Part shown: in pieces, positions 53,368 through 63,392 of the stretch
How the letters are laid out: every line of letters starts with the position of its first letter
Numbering within the stretch: the stretch's first letter is position 1
Source: an uncultured Alphaproteobacteria bacterium
GTDB taxonomy: Bacteria > Pseudomonadota > Alphaproteobacteria > Methylaequorales > Methylaequoraceae
Reading direction: 5' to 3'
DNA: 64,000 nt
NCBI GenBank assembly: GCA_902595755.1
Contig: CACJRF010000005.1
Coordinates: 6,859 to 70,858 of the forward strand
The notes under the pieces: generated by a model
Databases searched by the model: none
What the model saw: only the letters and a program-made list of their open reading frames with translations
Told to the model about the DNA's origin: nothing
Translations under genes and position numbers: made by a program

Positions 53368-54744
53368 ATGGATAATTTTAATGAAATTCTAATAATTGAT
53401 GATGAGATTGATATTTGTAAACAATTATCGGGATTACTTAATGATTTAGGTTATAATTCTAGTTATAGTAACACTGCGGAAGAGGGTATAGAATTGTTTA
53501 AGGCTAAAAAATTTTCATTAGTTCTACTAGACATTTTACTTAATAATTCAAAATTTGATGGTTTCCAGACATTAGAAAAGATAAAAAATATTAATCAAGA
53601 CATACCAGTAATAATGATTAGTGGACATGGTAATATTGAAACTGCAGTAAACTCAATTAAACAAGGAGCGTATGATTTTGTCGAAAAACCTTTCGATGGT
53701 GACATAATAGTATTTAAGATAAAAAAAGCGTTAGAAACTCTATTTTTAAAAAGAAAACTTAGTAATTTTCAAAAGTTAAAAAGTAATCTTAATTTAGTAA
53801 AAACTTCAGAATCATCGAAAGAATTAAATAACTTTATAAATTTAAATGCTAAGAATGATAATAATATTTTACTTAAAGGTGATACTGGATGTGGAAAGCA
53901 GTTTATTGCATCAATAATTCATAATAAGTCTTATAGAGCTAATAAAAACTTTAAGATTATTGACTGTAATAAAAAAAAAGAGGATTTTGAAAATGAGTTT
54001 TTTGGTAAAGAAGAGAATAAAATTATAGAAATACCTGGTCTTCTTGAGGAGGTGAATTATGGTACTTTATATTTAAAAAATATCGATTTAATGTCAAGTT
54101 CAACTCAAGGTAAATTATTAAGAATCCTTGAAGATAGAAAATATTACAGAATAGGTTCATTTTCTCCAATAAGTTTAAACTTAAGAATCGTTTCATCATC
54201 TCATAAAAATTCTGATCATCTAAATGGAATCATCAGAAAAGATCTTCTAAAACAACTAAATTTTACACAAATTGATGTACCAAATTTAGAAGATAGAATA
54301 GAAGATTTCGATGATCTTTTACAGATTTTTATAAAACAATCATCAGAAAAAAGAAATTTAAAAACTCAACATTTATCTAATGATTTAATTAAGACTCTCA
54401 AAGAAGCAAAAATTTTTAGTAATTTTTCACAGCTTGAGAAATTTATTGATTGGTTGGTAGTAATGTTTGAGAAGAAGGATGTGAAAGTAATATCAAAAGA
54501 AGTTTTTGAAAAATTAATCACAAAAACCTTTAATCATAACCATAATCTTTTTGGAAAAAATAATGATAAACTTTTTAACCTTAAGATTAAAGATGCTAGG
54601 GATAGTTTTGAAAAAAAATTTTTAATATACAATTTAAAAAAATTTAAATATAACGTATCCTTGTTGTCCTCTAAAATTGGAATGGAAAGAACTGCACTAT
54701 ACAGAAAGATTAAATCAATGAATATAAAAATGGATAATGAATAA
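53368..54744 (+). CDS. ntrX: Response regulator NtrX
   Basis: REC domain (MISGHGNIETAV), AAA+-like middle domain lacking GAFTGA, C-terminal IGMERTALYRKIK; follows ntrY. Confidence 0.92.
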   Translation: MDNFNEILIIDDEIDICKQLSGLLNDLGYNSSYSNTAEEGIELFKAKKFSLVLLDILLNNSKFDGFQTLEKIKNINQDIPVIMISGHGNIETAVNSIKQGAYDFVEKPFDGDIIVFKIKKALETLFLKRKLSNFQKLKSNLNLVKTSESSKELNNFINLNAKNDNNILLKGDTGCGKQFIASIIHNKSYRANKNFKIIDCNKKKEDFENEFFGKEENKIIEIPGLLEEVNYGTLYLKNIDLMSSSTQGKLLRILEDRKYYRIGSFSPISLNLRIVSSSHKNSDHLNGIIRKDLLKQLNFTQIDVPNLEDRIEDFDDLLQIFIKQSSEKRNLKTQHLSNDLIKTLKEAKIFSNFSQLEKFIDWLVVMFEKKDVKVISKEVFEKLITKTFNHNHNLFGKNNDKLFNLKIKDARDSFEKKFLIYNLKKFKYNVSLLSSKIGMERTALYRKIKSMNIKMDNE

Positions 54745-56126
54745 TGAAGATAATCGTATGTGGAGCAGGAGAAGTTGGTTCAAATATCGCAAAACAATTA
54801 GTTTATGAGGACAATGATGTAACTATTATTGATGAATCAGAACCTTTATTGAGAAAATTGAATCAAAATTTAGATTTAAAAAGTATATGTGGAAAACCAT
54901 GTCATCCTGAAATTTTAGAAAATGCTGGTGCTGATGAGGCTGATATGATTATCGCAGTTACTGACAATGATGAATCTAATATAGTAACCTGTGAGTTGGC
55001 AAATCATCTTTTTAAAATTCCCTTAAAAGTCGCAAGAATAAAAGAATCAGCATATTTAGAGCCAAAATATTTAGATAATTTATTTGTAAATGGTAAAATT
55101 GATGTAGACGCTATCATATCTCCTGAATTAGAAGTGGCAAAAGATATCATTAGAAAACTTAATACACCTGGTGCCTTTGATTCTTTTTACTTAGGAGATA
55201 AGGTTGCTAGAGTAATTGGAATTTCTGTCGATAGTTCATGTCCAATAATTAATACTCCTTTAAGAATGTTGCCAGGGATTTTTTCAGGCTTAGATGTTAA
55301 AATTTTGTCAATATTTAGAAATAACGAATTGATTACACCATCAGGAAAAATGGAGATTTATCCAGGAGATGATATTTATATTTGTATAAGAAATAATGAT
55401 TTATTAAGAGCCTTAAGAGTTTTTGGTATTAAATTCCAAGAAAATAGAAAAATTATTATTCTTGGTGCGGGTAATATAGGGCTAAACATAATAAAAATTC
55501 TTGAAAAAGATTACCCTGATATTAGTTGTAAGATAATTGATAATAATATCAATATAACAAAAAAGATTGCTAATAACCTTTCAAGTCAAAATACAATTTT
55601 ATGTGGTGATGCTCTTGATATTAATCTATTAAAAGAAGCTGGAGCTGATGAGGCTGAAGTAATAATTAGCGTGACTGATGATGATGAGGTTAATATTTTT
55701 GCATCGATTTTAGCTAAAGATTTAGGTTGCAAAAGATCAATAGCTATCGTGGGAAATCAGAATTATAGGAATTTAAATAAAAAACTTAATTTAGATGTTA
55801 TGATAAATCCTGGTAATACTACAACATCAGCTATTTTACAATATGTAAGAAGAGGGAAAGTTAAAGAAATTCATGACTTTGGAGATGATAGAGGAGAGAT
55901 TATGGAAATTGAAATATTACCAACAACAAAATTTGCTGATCAGAAAATTTCTGAACTACCTATTCCTGAAGGGGTAGTACTTGGAGGAATTGTTAGGGAT
56001 AATAAATTAATATTTCCAGATGAAAATACTACTATATTTGTGAAAGATAAATTAATTTTATTTTCAGATCCAACTTCAATTAAAGAAATTGAAAAGTTTT
56101 CCGAAGTAAATATTGAATTTTTTTGA
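54744..56126 (+). CDS. trkA: Trk potassium uptake system NAD-binding subunit
   Basis: Two RCK units with GAGEVG and GAGNIG; 460 aa. Confidence 0.95.
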   Translation: MKIIVCGAGEVGSNIAKQLVYEDNDVTIIDESEPLLRKLNQNLDLKSICGKPCHPEILENAGADEADMIIAVTDNDESNIVTCELANHLFKIPLKVARIKESAYLEPKYLDNLFVNGKIDVDAIISPELEVAKDIIRKLNTPGAFDSFYLGDKVARVIGISVDSSCPIINTPLRMLPGIFSGLDVKILSIFRNNELITPSGKMEIYPGDDIYICIRNNDLLRALRVFGIKFQENRKIIILGAGNIGLNIIKILEKDYPDISCKIIDNNINITKKIANNLSSQNTILCGDALDINLLKEAGADEAEVIISVTDDDEVNIFASILAKDLGCKRSIAIVGNQNYRNLNKKLNLDVMINPGNTTTSAILQYVRRGKVKEIHDFGDDRGEIMEIEILPTTKFADQKISELPIPEGVVLGGIVRDNKLIFPDENTTIFVKDKLILFSDPTSIKEIEKFSEVNIEFF

Positions 56127-56965
56127 TGGAAACGTATTACGTAAATGGTTTCTACGAAACAAGAAATAATGCTAAAATTTCTGTAGAGGATAGAGGCTTC
56201 AATTTTAGTGACGGCGTTTATGAATTGATTTCATATTTAGATGAAAATTTAATTTTTTTTGAAAAACATTATTCTAGATTAATTAAATCACTACTCTCTC
56301 TCAAAATTTCATCACCTTTATCAAATAAAAAAATCCTAAAATTAATAATTAAAAGATTGATTAAATTAAATAAAATTAAAAGTGGATATATATATATACA
56401 AATTACAAGAGGAACGGCAAAAAGAAATCATGTTTATTCCAAAGAGACTCCACCGAATCTTGTAATCTTTTGTTTGCCTTTGAGAAAGATTGAGGAATTT
56501 AGAAGAGGGGTTAAAGTTAGAACTTCTGAAGATTTAAGATGGGGAAGGTGTGATATTAAATCTATATCACTTCTTCCAAATATATTAGATAAGCAAATAG
56601 CATTCAATCAAGGTTACTATGAAACATGGCAAATCAAAGATAATTATATTACTGAAGGAACTACGTCCAATGCATTTATTGTTGATAAAAATGGATCCAT
56701 AAGAACATATCCAAAGTCTAAGCATATATTAGGGGGTGTAACCAGAGATGTTATAATTCAAATAGCAAAAAAACAAAATATAAAAATTATTGAAAAAGCA
56801 TTTACCTTAAATGATATTAAATGGTGTAAGGAAGCTTTTTTGACTTCTACCACAGTCAAAATTCTTCCAGTTATAAAAGTGAATGATATTAAAATTAATA
56901 TGATGAAAATAGGCGAGATTACTGAAATACTTACTTATAACATTAATAAAAAAATAAATGGTTAA
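56126..56965 (+). CDS. dat: D-amino acid aminotransferase (PLP class IV)
   Basis: Motifs EDRGFNFSDGVYE, QITRG, RWGRCDIKSISLL, EGTTSN, ILGGVTR. Confidence 0.85.
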   Translation: METYYVNGFYETRNNAKISVEDRGFNFSDGVYELISYLDENLIFFEKHYSRLIKSLLSLKISSPLSNKKILKLIIKRLIKLNKIKSGYIYIQITRGTAKRNHVYSKETPPNLVIFCLPLRKIEEFRRGVKVRTSEDLRWGRCDIKSISLLPNILDKQIAFNQGYYETWQIKDNYITEGTTSNAFIVDKNGSIRTYPKSKHILGGVTRDVIIQIAKKQNIKIIEKAFTLNDIKWCKEAFLTSTTVKILPVIKVNDIKINMMKIGEITEILTYNINKKING

Positions 56966-58070
56966 TCAAGATGTTATTGTAATTCATCCTTATCTTAAGA
57001 ACAATAGAGTTGATAAATCTCAAAGACTTTCAGAAGCAATAAATCTTGTTGAAGCTATAAATTTAGATTGCAAATACTCAAGTTCAGTTGGATTAATAAA
57101 TATAAACCCTAATACTTTCATAAATAAAGGATATGTTAATATCTTAAAAAATAAAATTAATGATCTCAAAACTCAATTATTATATTTAAATACTAATTTA
57201 TCACCAATCCAACAAAGAAATCTAGAAAATGCTTTGAAATGTAAAGTAATAGATAGAACCGGCTTAATTTTAGAAATATTTGGTTCAAGGGCTAAATCTA
57301 ATGAAGGTAAACTAAGTGTAAAACTTGCAAGTCTTCAGTTTCAAAAGAGCAGATTAGTTAGATCTTGGACACATCTTGAGAGACAAAGAGGTGGAGCTGG
57401 ATTTATGGGTGGACCTGGAGAAAAACAAATTGAATCAGATAAAAGACAAATTACTGAACAAATTAATAGAATAAAAAAAAAAATAAAAAAAATTGATAAT
57501 ATTAGAAATATTCAACGTGATAGAAGAATAAAAAATAACATACCTATAATTTCATTAGTTGGTTATACAAACTCAGGTAAATCAACTTTATTTAACCTTT
57601 TAACTCGCTCAAATGTGCTCTCCAAAGATATGCTTTTTGCATCTTTAGATTCAACTATTAGAAAAACTAGAATAAAGAATTTTAATTTAGTTTTTGTTGA
57701 TACGGTTGGTTTTATAAGTGATCTACCAACTAATTTAATTGATGCTTTCAAATCAACTCTTGATGAAATAGTAAATTCAGATCTAATTTTACATATTAGA
57801 GATTCCTCTGATGATGAGTATTTATTACAAAAAAAAGATGTTCTTAAGATATTATTTGAATTGGGAATTAGAGATGATGATCCAAGAATTATCGAGGTAA
57901 ATAATAAAATTGATTTATTAGAAGATAATAATAAAAATTTTAAAAGTAACGGTATAAGAATTTCAGCCATCTCAGGAGAAGGAATAAATTATTTAAAAAG
58001 CTCAATTTCTGATAAACTTGAAATATTATATAAAGATACCCTTTTACTTCAGCAGTCTTATAAGACTTGA
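56958..58070 (+). CDS. hflX: GTPase HflX
   Basis: Motifs SWTHLERQRGG, GPGEKQIESD, GYTNSGKS, DTVGFI, NKID. Confidence 0.96.
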   Translation: MVNQDVIVIHPYLKNNRVDKSQRLSEAINLVEAINLDCKYSSSVGLININPNTFINKGYVNILKNKINDLKTQLLYLNTNLSPIQQRNLENALKCKVIDRTGLILEIFGSRAKSNEGKLSVKLASLQFQKSRLVRSWTHLERQRGGAGFMGGPGEKQIESDKRQITEQINRIKKKIKKIDNIRNIQRDRRIKNNIPIISLVGYTNSGKSTLFNLLTRSNVLSKDMLFASLDSTIRKTRIKNFNLVFVDTVGFISDLPTNLIDAFKSTLDEIVNSDLILHIRDSSDDEYLLQKKDVLKILFELGIRDDDPRIIEVNNKIDLLEDNNKNFKSNGIRISAISGEGINYLKSSISDKLEILYKDTLLLQQSYKT

Positions 58071-58916
58071 TGTATCATCATTCTTGTATCCTAGTTTTAC
58101 TAACTTCTTATAGTATCTTTTAATTTGCATTGTTAATGGCAGTTTTTTAACATTAACTAAACTATCAGATACTAAGTTTAAATCCTTAAGCATTAATCTA
58201 TTCATAAACCCAAAATTGAATTTATTTTTGGTCATAGTTAAACCTCTATTTTCTAATTGCCACGATTGCCCTGCACCACCTGAAGTGACTTTTAAGAGTT
58301 TTTCAATATTAAGTTTTTTATCTTTAGCAAATGTAAGACCTTCAGCTAAACCTTGAATAATACTTGCAACAAATATTTGATTAACCATTTTTGTTAACTG
58401 ACCATTTCCACTTGAGCCCATATAAATGCAGGATTTCGAGTAGTATTTTGTTATTTTTTTTAAATCATTAAATTTTTTTTGTGAGCCTCCAACCATCAAA
58501 GAAAGCTTTCCCTCTTTTGCACCAATTTCTCCACCACTCATTGGGGAGTCAAAAAAATAACAATTTTTTTTTAAACATCTCTTATAAATTTCCTTAGATA
58601 TTTTTTCTGAGGATGTTGTATGGTCTATTAGTAAAGTTTTTTTTTTTAATCCACAAATAATTCCTTCTTTCCCAAGGAAAATGTTTTTCAAGTCAAAATC
58701 ATCACCAACACAAGTTATAATAATATTCGATAACTCACCAAGTTGTTTATAATTATCTAAAACAGTTAATTTATTTTTATTAATTTTTATAAAGTCTCTT
58801 GAATTTTTAGAGTTTCTTTTAACTATATAAAAATTGTCGGAAATTTTTAATAAATAGTTAGCTATATGTTTGCCCATTATACCTAAACCTACGAAACCAA
58901 TATTAATGTTATTCAT
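58044..58916 (-). CDS. NAD(P)-dependent beta-hydroxyacid dehydrogenase family protein
   Basis: Motifs GFVGLGIMG, DSPMSGGEIGA, GNGQLTKMVNQI, FNFGF; substrate not assignable from sequence. Confidence 0.88.
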   Translation of the reverse strand: MNNINIGFVGLGIMGKHIANYLLKISDNFYIVKRNSKNSRDFIKINKNKLTVLDNYKQLGELSNIIITCVGDDFDLKNIFLGKEGIICGLKKKTLLIDHTTSSEKISKEIYKRCLKKNCYFFDSPMSGGEIGAKEGKLSLMVGGSQKKFNDLKKITKYYSKSCIYMGSSGNGQLTKMVNQIFVASIIQGLAEGLTFAKDKKLNIEKLLKVTSGGAGQSWQLENRGLTMTKNKFNFGFMNRLMLKDLNLVSDSLVNVKKLPLTMQIKRYYKKLVKLGYKNDDTSSLIRLLK

Positions 58917-61491
58917 AATGAAACTTCAATTCGTTACTTTCTGAAGAAACTCTAATTGATTTTTCCTCTGAAATTTTGTTTGATAATATACTTGATGCTA
59001 ATTCGTCTATTACGTAGCTTTGAATTACTCTTTTTAATGGTCTTGCACCATAATCAGGTGAAAAACCCTCTGTTACAAGCCAGTCTTTAGCACTTTCTTC
59101 AAAAGAAATTTTTATTTTTTTATCGTTGAGTTTTTGTACAAGATCTTTAATTTGAATATCGACTATTTTAATCATTTCTTCCTTAGTTAGTCTATTAAAT
59201 ATAATTATATCATCTAATCTGTTAAGGAATTCTGGCTTAAAGTGAATTTTTATTTGATCTTTAATTTTTTCTTGAGTAAAAACTTCAATTTCTTTATTTT
59301 GATCTTCAGAAAAAGTAATATTTTCAGCACCAATATTTGAAGTCATTATGATTAATGTATTTCTAAAGTTTACAGTTCTGCCATGTGAATCAGTAAGTCT
59401 TCCTTCATCAAATACTTGTAATAAAATGTTATAAATGTCAGAGTGAGCCTTTTCAATTTCATCTAAAAGAACTACTTGATATGGTTTTCTTCTAACCGAT
59501 TCTGTTAGAAGTCCACCTGATTCAAAACCAACATAACCCGGAGGAGGGCCAATTAATTTTGATACAGAATGTTTTTCCATTAGTTCAGACATATCTAACC
59601 TAAGAAGTGATTTATGATTATCAAATAAATAATCAGCTAAGACTTTTGTTAGTTCAGTTTTACCAACTCCTGTTGGCCCCAAGAATAAAAAAATTCCCAT
59701 GGGTCTATTAGGGTCTTGAATTCCCGCACGTGATCTTAAAATACATTTTGAAATAGTACTAATAGCTTTGTGCTGACCAATTACTTTTTCTTTCAAGTCT
59801 TTTTCCATATTAAGTATCTTTTCCTTTTCACCCTCCAGCATTTTTTGTATAGGTATACCAGTGGCTTTAGAAATAACTTCTGCAATTTCTTGAGACGTAA
59901 CTTCTTTACTTAGAATGGTTTTTAGTTTTTTATTAGACTCTAACTTTCTAAGGTTTTTTTCTAGTTCTGGTATCTTTGAATAAGCTAACTCTCCAGCCTC
60001 TGACAACTTTCCATTTCTTTGCAAAATATTTAATTTATTTTTATTCTCTTCAATTTCAGTTTTTAACTTTTGAATCTCAACGATACTATTTTTCTCATTC
60101 TTCCAATTCTCATTAAATTTTTTAAAATTATTTTCTAGTTCTAGAATTTCTGTTTGAAGTTTTTCACTTCTTTCTTCTGATTTTTTATCATTTTCTTTTT
60201 TTAGACTTTCGAATTCAATCTTATTTTGAAGTAATTTCCTCTCAATTTGATCTAATTCTTCAGGTTTTGAATCAATTTGCAATCTAATCCTTGATGCTGC
60301 TTCATCCATTAAATCAATCGCTTTGTCTGGTAAAAATCTATCATTAATATATCTTTGCGATAACTCAACCGCAGATATGATTGCTGAATCAAGAATCTTG
60401 ACGCCATGATGTACTTCGTATTTTTCCTTTAGTCCTCTGAGAATAGATATCGAATTCTCATTCGTTGGCTCTTCAACTAATATTTGTTGAAATCTCCTTG
60501 CTAATGCTGCATCTTTTTCAATATTCTCTCTATATTCATTTAATGTTGTAGCACCTATACAATGTAATTCACCTCTTGCTAGCGCTGGTTTTAGAAGATT
60601 TGATGCATCCATTGCACCTTCAGCTTTGCCAGCTCCAACTAAGTTATGAATTTCATCAATGAAGAGAATAATAGAATCTTGGTTATGACCAATTTCTAAA
60701 AGAATTGATTTTAGTCTTTCTTCAAACTCACCTCTAAATTTTGCACCTGCGACTAATGCTCCTAAATCAAGGGAAATAACTCTTTTATCTTTTAGGGAAT
60801 CGGGAACATCATTATTTATTATTCGATGAGCTAATCCTTCAACAATTGCTGTTTTTCCTACTCCTGGCTCTCCAATAAGGATTGGGTTATTTTTAGTTCT
60901 TCTACATAAAACTTGAATACTTCTCCTAATTTCATCTTCTCTTCCAATAACTGGATCAAGCTTTCCTGTTTTAGCAAGATTTGTAACATCTATAGAAAAT
61001 TTCTTTAGATTATTGTTTTGTATATTTGTAGTATTATTATCTATTGTTTTACCATTTCTTATTTTTAATATTATCTTCTTAAACTCTATAGCATTTAGAT
61101 TAAATTCCTCAATTATATTTTGTAAGCTCAATGGGTTTAATACTATAATTGAATAAAGTAATATTTCTGGTGAAATAAATTTATCGTTAAATTCATTTTT
61201 AATATTTTTTGATTGCTCAAGTATATTGATTAATTCATTTGAAAAAAAAATATTTAAATTTTTTCCTGTAACAGATGTTAGAATATTAAGATTACTTAGT
61301 ATTTTATTTTTGATATCATGAATGTCAATTTTTAATTCATTGAAAAGATCAAAAATTAGATCGTTTTTATCATCCAAAATACTATAAAGTAAATGTAATG
61401 GAAATATTTGTTGATGATTTAATGATATTGCTTTATTTTGAGCTTCATTAATTAATAACTTTGATTTTTCGTTAAACTGATCAAAATTCAT
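58909..61491 (-). CDS. clpB: ATP-dependent disaggregase ClpB
   Basis: Two AAA+ modules ([16 protein letters not shown]) with a long coiled-coil M domain; 860 aa. Confidence 0.97.
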   Translation of the reverse strand: MNFDQFNEKSKLLINEAQNKAISLNHQQIFPLHLLYSILDDKNDLIFDLFNELKIDIHDIKNKILSNLNILTSVTGKNLNIFFSNELINILEQSKNIKNEFNDKFISPEILLYSIIVLNPLSLQNIIEEFNLNAIEFKKIILKIRNGKTIDNNTTNIQNNNLKKFSIDVTNLAKTGKLDPVIGREDEIRRSIQVLCRRTKNNPILIGEPGVGKTAIVEGLAHRIINNDVPDSLKDKRVISLDLGALVAGAKFRGEFEERLKSILLEIGHNQDSIILFIDEIHNLVGAGKAEGAMDASNLLKPALARGELHCIGATTLNEYRENIEKDAALARRFQQILVEEPTNENSISILRGLKEKYEVHHGVKILDSAIISAVELSQRYINDRFLPDKAIDLMDEAASRIRLQIDSKPEELDQIERKLLQNKIEFESLKKENDKKSEERSEKLQTEILELENNFKKFNENWKNEKNSIVEIQKLKTEIEENKNKLNILQRNGKLSEAGELAYSKIPELEKNLRKLESNKKLKTILSKEVTSQEIAEVISKATGIPIQKMLEGEKEKILNMEKDLKEKVIGQHKAISTISKCILRSRAGIQDPNRPMGIFLFLGPTGVGKTELTKVLADYLFDNHKSLLRLDMSELMEKHSVSKLIGPPPGYVGFESGGLLTESVRRKPYQVVLLDEIEKAHSDIYNILLQVFDEGRLTDSHGRTVNFRNTLIIMTSNIGAENITFSEDQNKEIEVFTQEKIKDQIKIHFKPEFLNRLDDIIIFNRLTKEEMIKIVDIQIKDLVQKLNDKKIKISFEESAKDWLVTEGFSPDYGARPLKRVIQSYVIDELASSILSNKISEEKSIRVSSESNELKFHYE

Positions 61492-61497
61492 AATTTT

Positions 61498-61527
61498 AAG
61501 TTAGTTTTAATTGTAAAAAATCGCAAG
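61498..61527 (-). promoter_or_regulatory. Putative clpB promoter (RpoH-like or sigma70)
   Basis: Minus strand cTTGCGA-N17-TAACTT ending 6 nt before the ATG; CTTG...CTAACT resembles the alphaproteobacterial RpoH consensus. Confidence 0.45.
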
Positions 61528-61545
61528 TTTTTTGGGAATAAATTT

Positions 61546-62700
61546 GTGAAAAAAAAAGAAAAAATGCCACTTAGCGGGGTAATAGTTCTTGATATGACCA
61601 GTGTACTATCAGGACCTTTTGCAACTTCAATTTTAGGTGATCTAGGCGCAAAGATAATAAAGATAGAAAAACCAGATGGAGATGATTCAAGAAAATTTGG
61701 CCCATTTATTAATAAAAAATCCTGTTATTTTGTTTCTTTAAATAAAGGTAAAAAAAGTATCGTTCTAAATTTAAAAAATAATAAAGATAAATCAATTTTT
61801 ATTGAACTATTAGAAAAAGCTGATGTATTGATTGATAATTATAAGCCTGGGGTTCTAGAGAAATTTGGTTTTAGTTGGAAATACTTAAATAAAAATTATC
61901 CTAAATTAATTCATAGTAAGATTAGTGGGTTTGGTGAAACAGGTCCACTAAACAACGCTCCTGCTTATGATATCATTGTTCAAGCAATTGGAGGAGTAAT
62001 GAGTATTACAGGCTCAGATAAGAAAAACATTGCAAGAGTAGGAACTTCAATAGGAGATATCACAGCAAGTCTATTTTGTGTGATTGGAGTTTTAAGTCAG
62101 TTAATTCTCAGAAATAGAGTAAACAGAGGATCAAAGTTAGATCTAAGTATGCTGGACTGTCAGGTTGCTATTCTAGAAAATGCAATTGCAAGGTACTCTG
62201 TTGAAAAAAAAAATCCTTTTCCACTTGGAACAGATCATCCCTCAATAACACCTTTTGGATCATTTGATACACTAAATGAAAAAATCGTAATCGCAATCGG
62301 TAACGAAAAACTTTTTAAAAATTTTTGTGAAGCTATTAATGATGAGGAAATGCTTAGAATGAAAATTTTTAATTCTAACTTGAATCGTAATAAAAATATA
62401 AAAAAATTAAGAATTAGAATAGAAAATATCCTAAAAAAAAATAAAGCTTCTTATTGGCTTGAAAAATTTAGGGAAAAAGGTGTGCCATCAGCAAAGATAA
62501 ACAATATTAGTGACTTAGTTGAAAACCCTCAAGTAAAATATAGGAATATGATCATTGATTATGAAGATAGATTCATAAAAAAATTAAAATTACCAGGAAA
62601 TCCATTAAAGTTTAACTTTTCTAAAGATAAAAAAGTAGCTGAACCTGCTCCAGATTTAAATGAAAATAAAAAAGAAATTTTAAAATTACTTAGAGATTAG
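61546..62700 (+). CDS. CoA-transferase family III (CaiB/BaiF)
   Basis: Motifs LSGPFA..ILGDLGA.IIKIE, NKGKKS, ISGFGETGP, catalytic Asp in SIGD, APDLNEN. Start may instead be the ATG at 61564. Confidence 0.92.
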   Translation: MKKKEKMPLSGVIVLDMTSVLSGPFATSILGDLGAKIIKIEKPDGDDSRKFGPFINKKSCYFVSLNKGKKSIVLNLKNNKDKSIFIELLEKADVLIDNYKPGVLEKFGFSWKYLNKNYPKLIHSKISGFGETGPLNNAPAYDIIVQAIGGVMSITGSDKKNIARVGTSIGDITASLFCVIGVLSQLILRNRVNRGSKLDLSMLDCQVAILENAIARYSVEKKNPFPLGTDHPSITPFGSFDTLNEKIVIAIGNEKLFKNFCEAINDEEMLRMKIFNSNLNRNKNIKKLRIRIENILKKNKASYWLEKFREKGVPSAKINNISDLVENPQVKYRNMIIDYEDRFIKKLKLPGNPLKFNFSKDKKVAEPAPDLNENKKEILKLLRD

Positions 62701-63392
62701 TCCCAAGGTCCTTTCCTATTTTTCAAAAAAACAGATTTGCCTGTTTTTGATTCAAATTTTTTCGCTCCTGTTGTTACAACATACATTAATCCAAAAATAA
62801 AGCCTCCAATGTGCGCAATCCAAGCAACACTTGAATTTTCATCATTAATATTAATAAACTGATAAAAAAACCAAAAAAGAAGCAGAATATTTGCAGGCAC
62901 TCTGATTGTAAAGAAAATTATAAAAGGTATCAATACCAAAACTTTTGCTTTTGGAAATAAATAAAAATACGCACCTAAAACACCAGCAATTGCTCCTGAT
63001 GCACCAATCATAGGAATTGGTGAATTTATATCAAAAATAAATTGTGAGAGTGATGCAAAAACTCCTGAAAATATATAGAATACAAGAAATTTTTTATGTC
63101 CTAACACATCTTCAACATTATCTGCAAAAATCCATAAATATAACATATTTCCTAAAAAATGAAGCCAGCCCCCATGCATAAACATTGATGTAAAAATTGT
63201 TAAAAAAGGACTAAATGTCTCAATTCCTGATGAATTAATCAAACTTACTGGTTTAAATCCAAAATAACCTATTAAAAAATTATTTATTCCTCCAAATGAT
63301 TGGAATAAAAAAATTAAGCTACAAATAATCAAAATTATTAATCTTATATAACTTTTATTATTTGTCGGATTTTCATCTTTAAGTGGAATCAT
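62697..63392 (-). CDS. Rhomboid family intramembrane serine protease
   Basis: N-terminus MIPLKDENP, motifs SMFMHGGWLHFLGNM, GASGAIAG, AWIAHIGGF. Confidence 0.94.
   Translation of the reverse strand: MIPLKDENPTNNKSYIRLIILIICSLIFLFQSFGGINNFLIGYFGFKPVSLINSSGIETFSPFLTIFTSMFMHGGWLHFLGNMLYLWIFADNVEDVLGHKKFLVFYIFSGVFASLSQFIFDINSPIPMIGASGAIAGVLGAYFYLFPKAKVLVLIPFIIFFTIRVPANILLLFWFFYQFININDENSSVAWIAHIGGFIFGLMYVVTTGAKKFESKTGKSVFLKNRKGPWD

Noticed and set aside
54744-56126. trkA without an adjacent trkH
   Set aside because: trkA and trkH are often unlinked, so absence from this window says nothing about the genome.
566-57970. Short opposite-strand ORFs in the track (e.g. 566-808, 15847-16230, 27073-27501, 36596-36991, 57563-57970)
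   Set aside because: They lie antisense to well-conserved genes, have no recognisable motifs and show the Ile/Phe/Ser-rich composition expected of shadow ORFs.
61496-61510. TTAA-N7-TTAA (CtrA-box-like) in the clpB promoter region
   Set aside because: An all-A/T motif is expected many times by chance at this base composition, and clpB is not a typical CtrA target.
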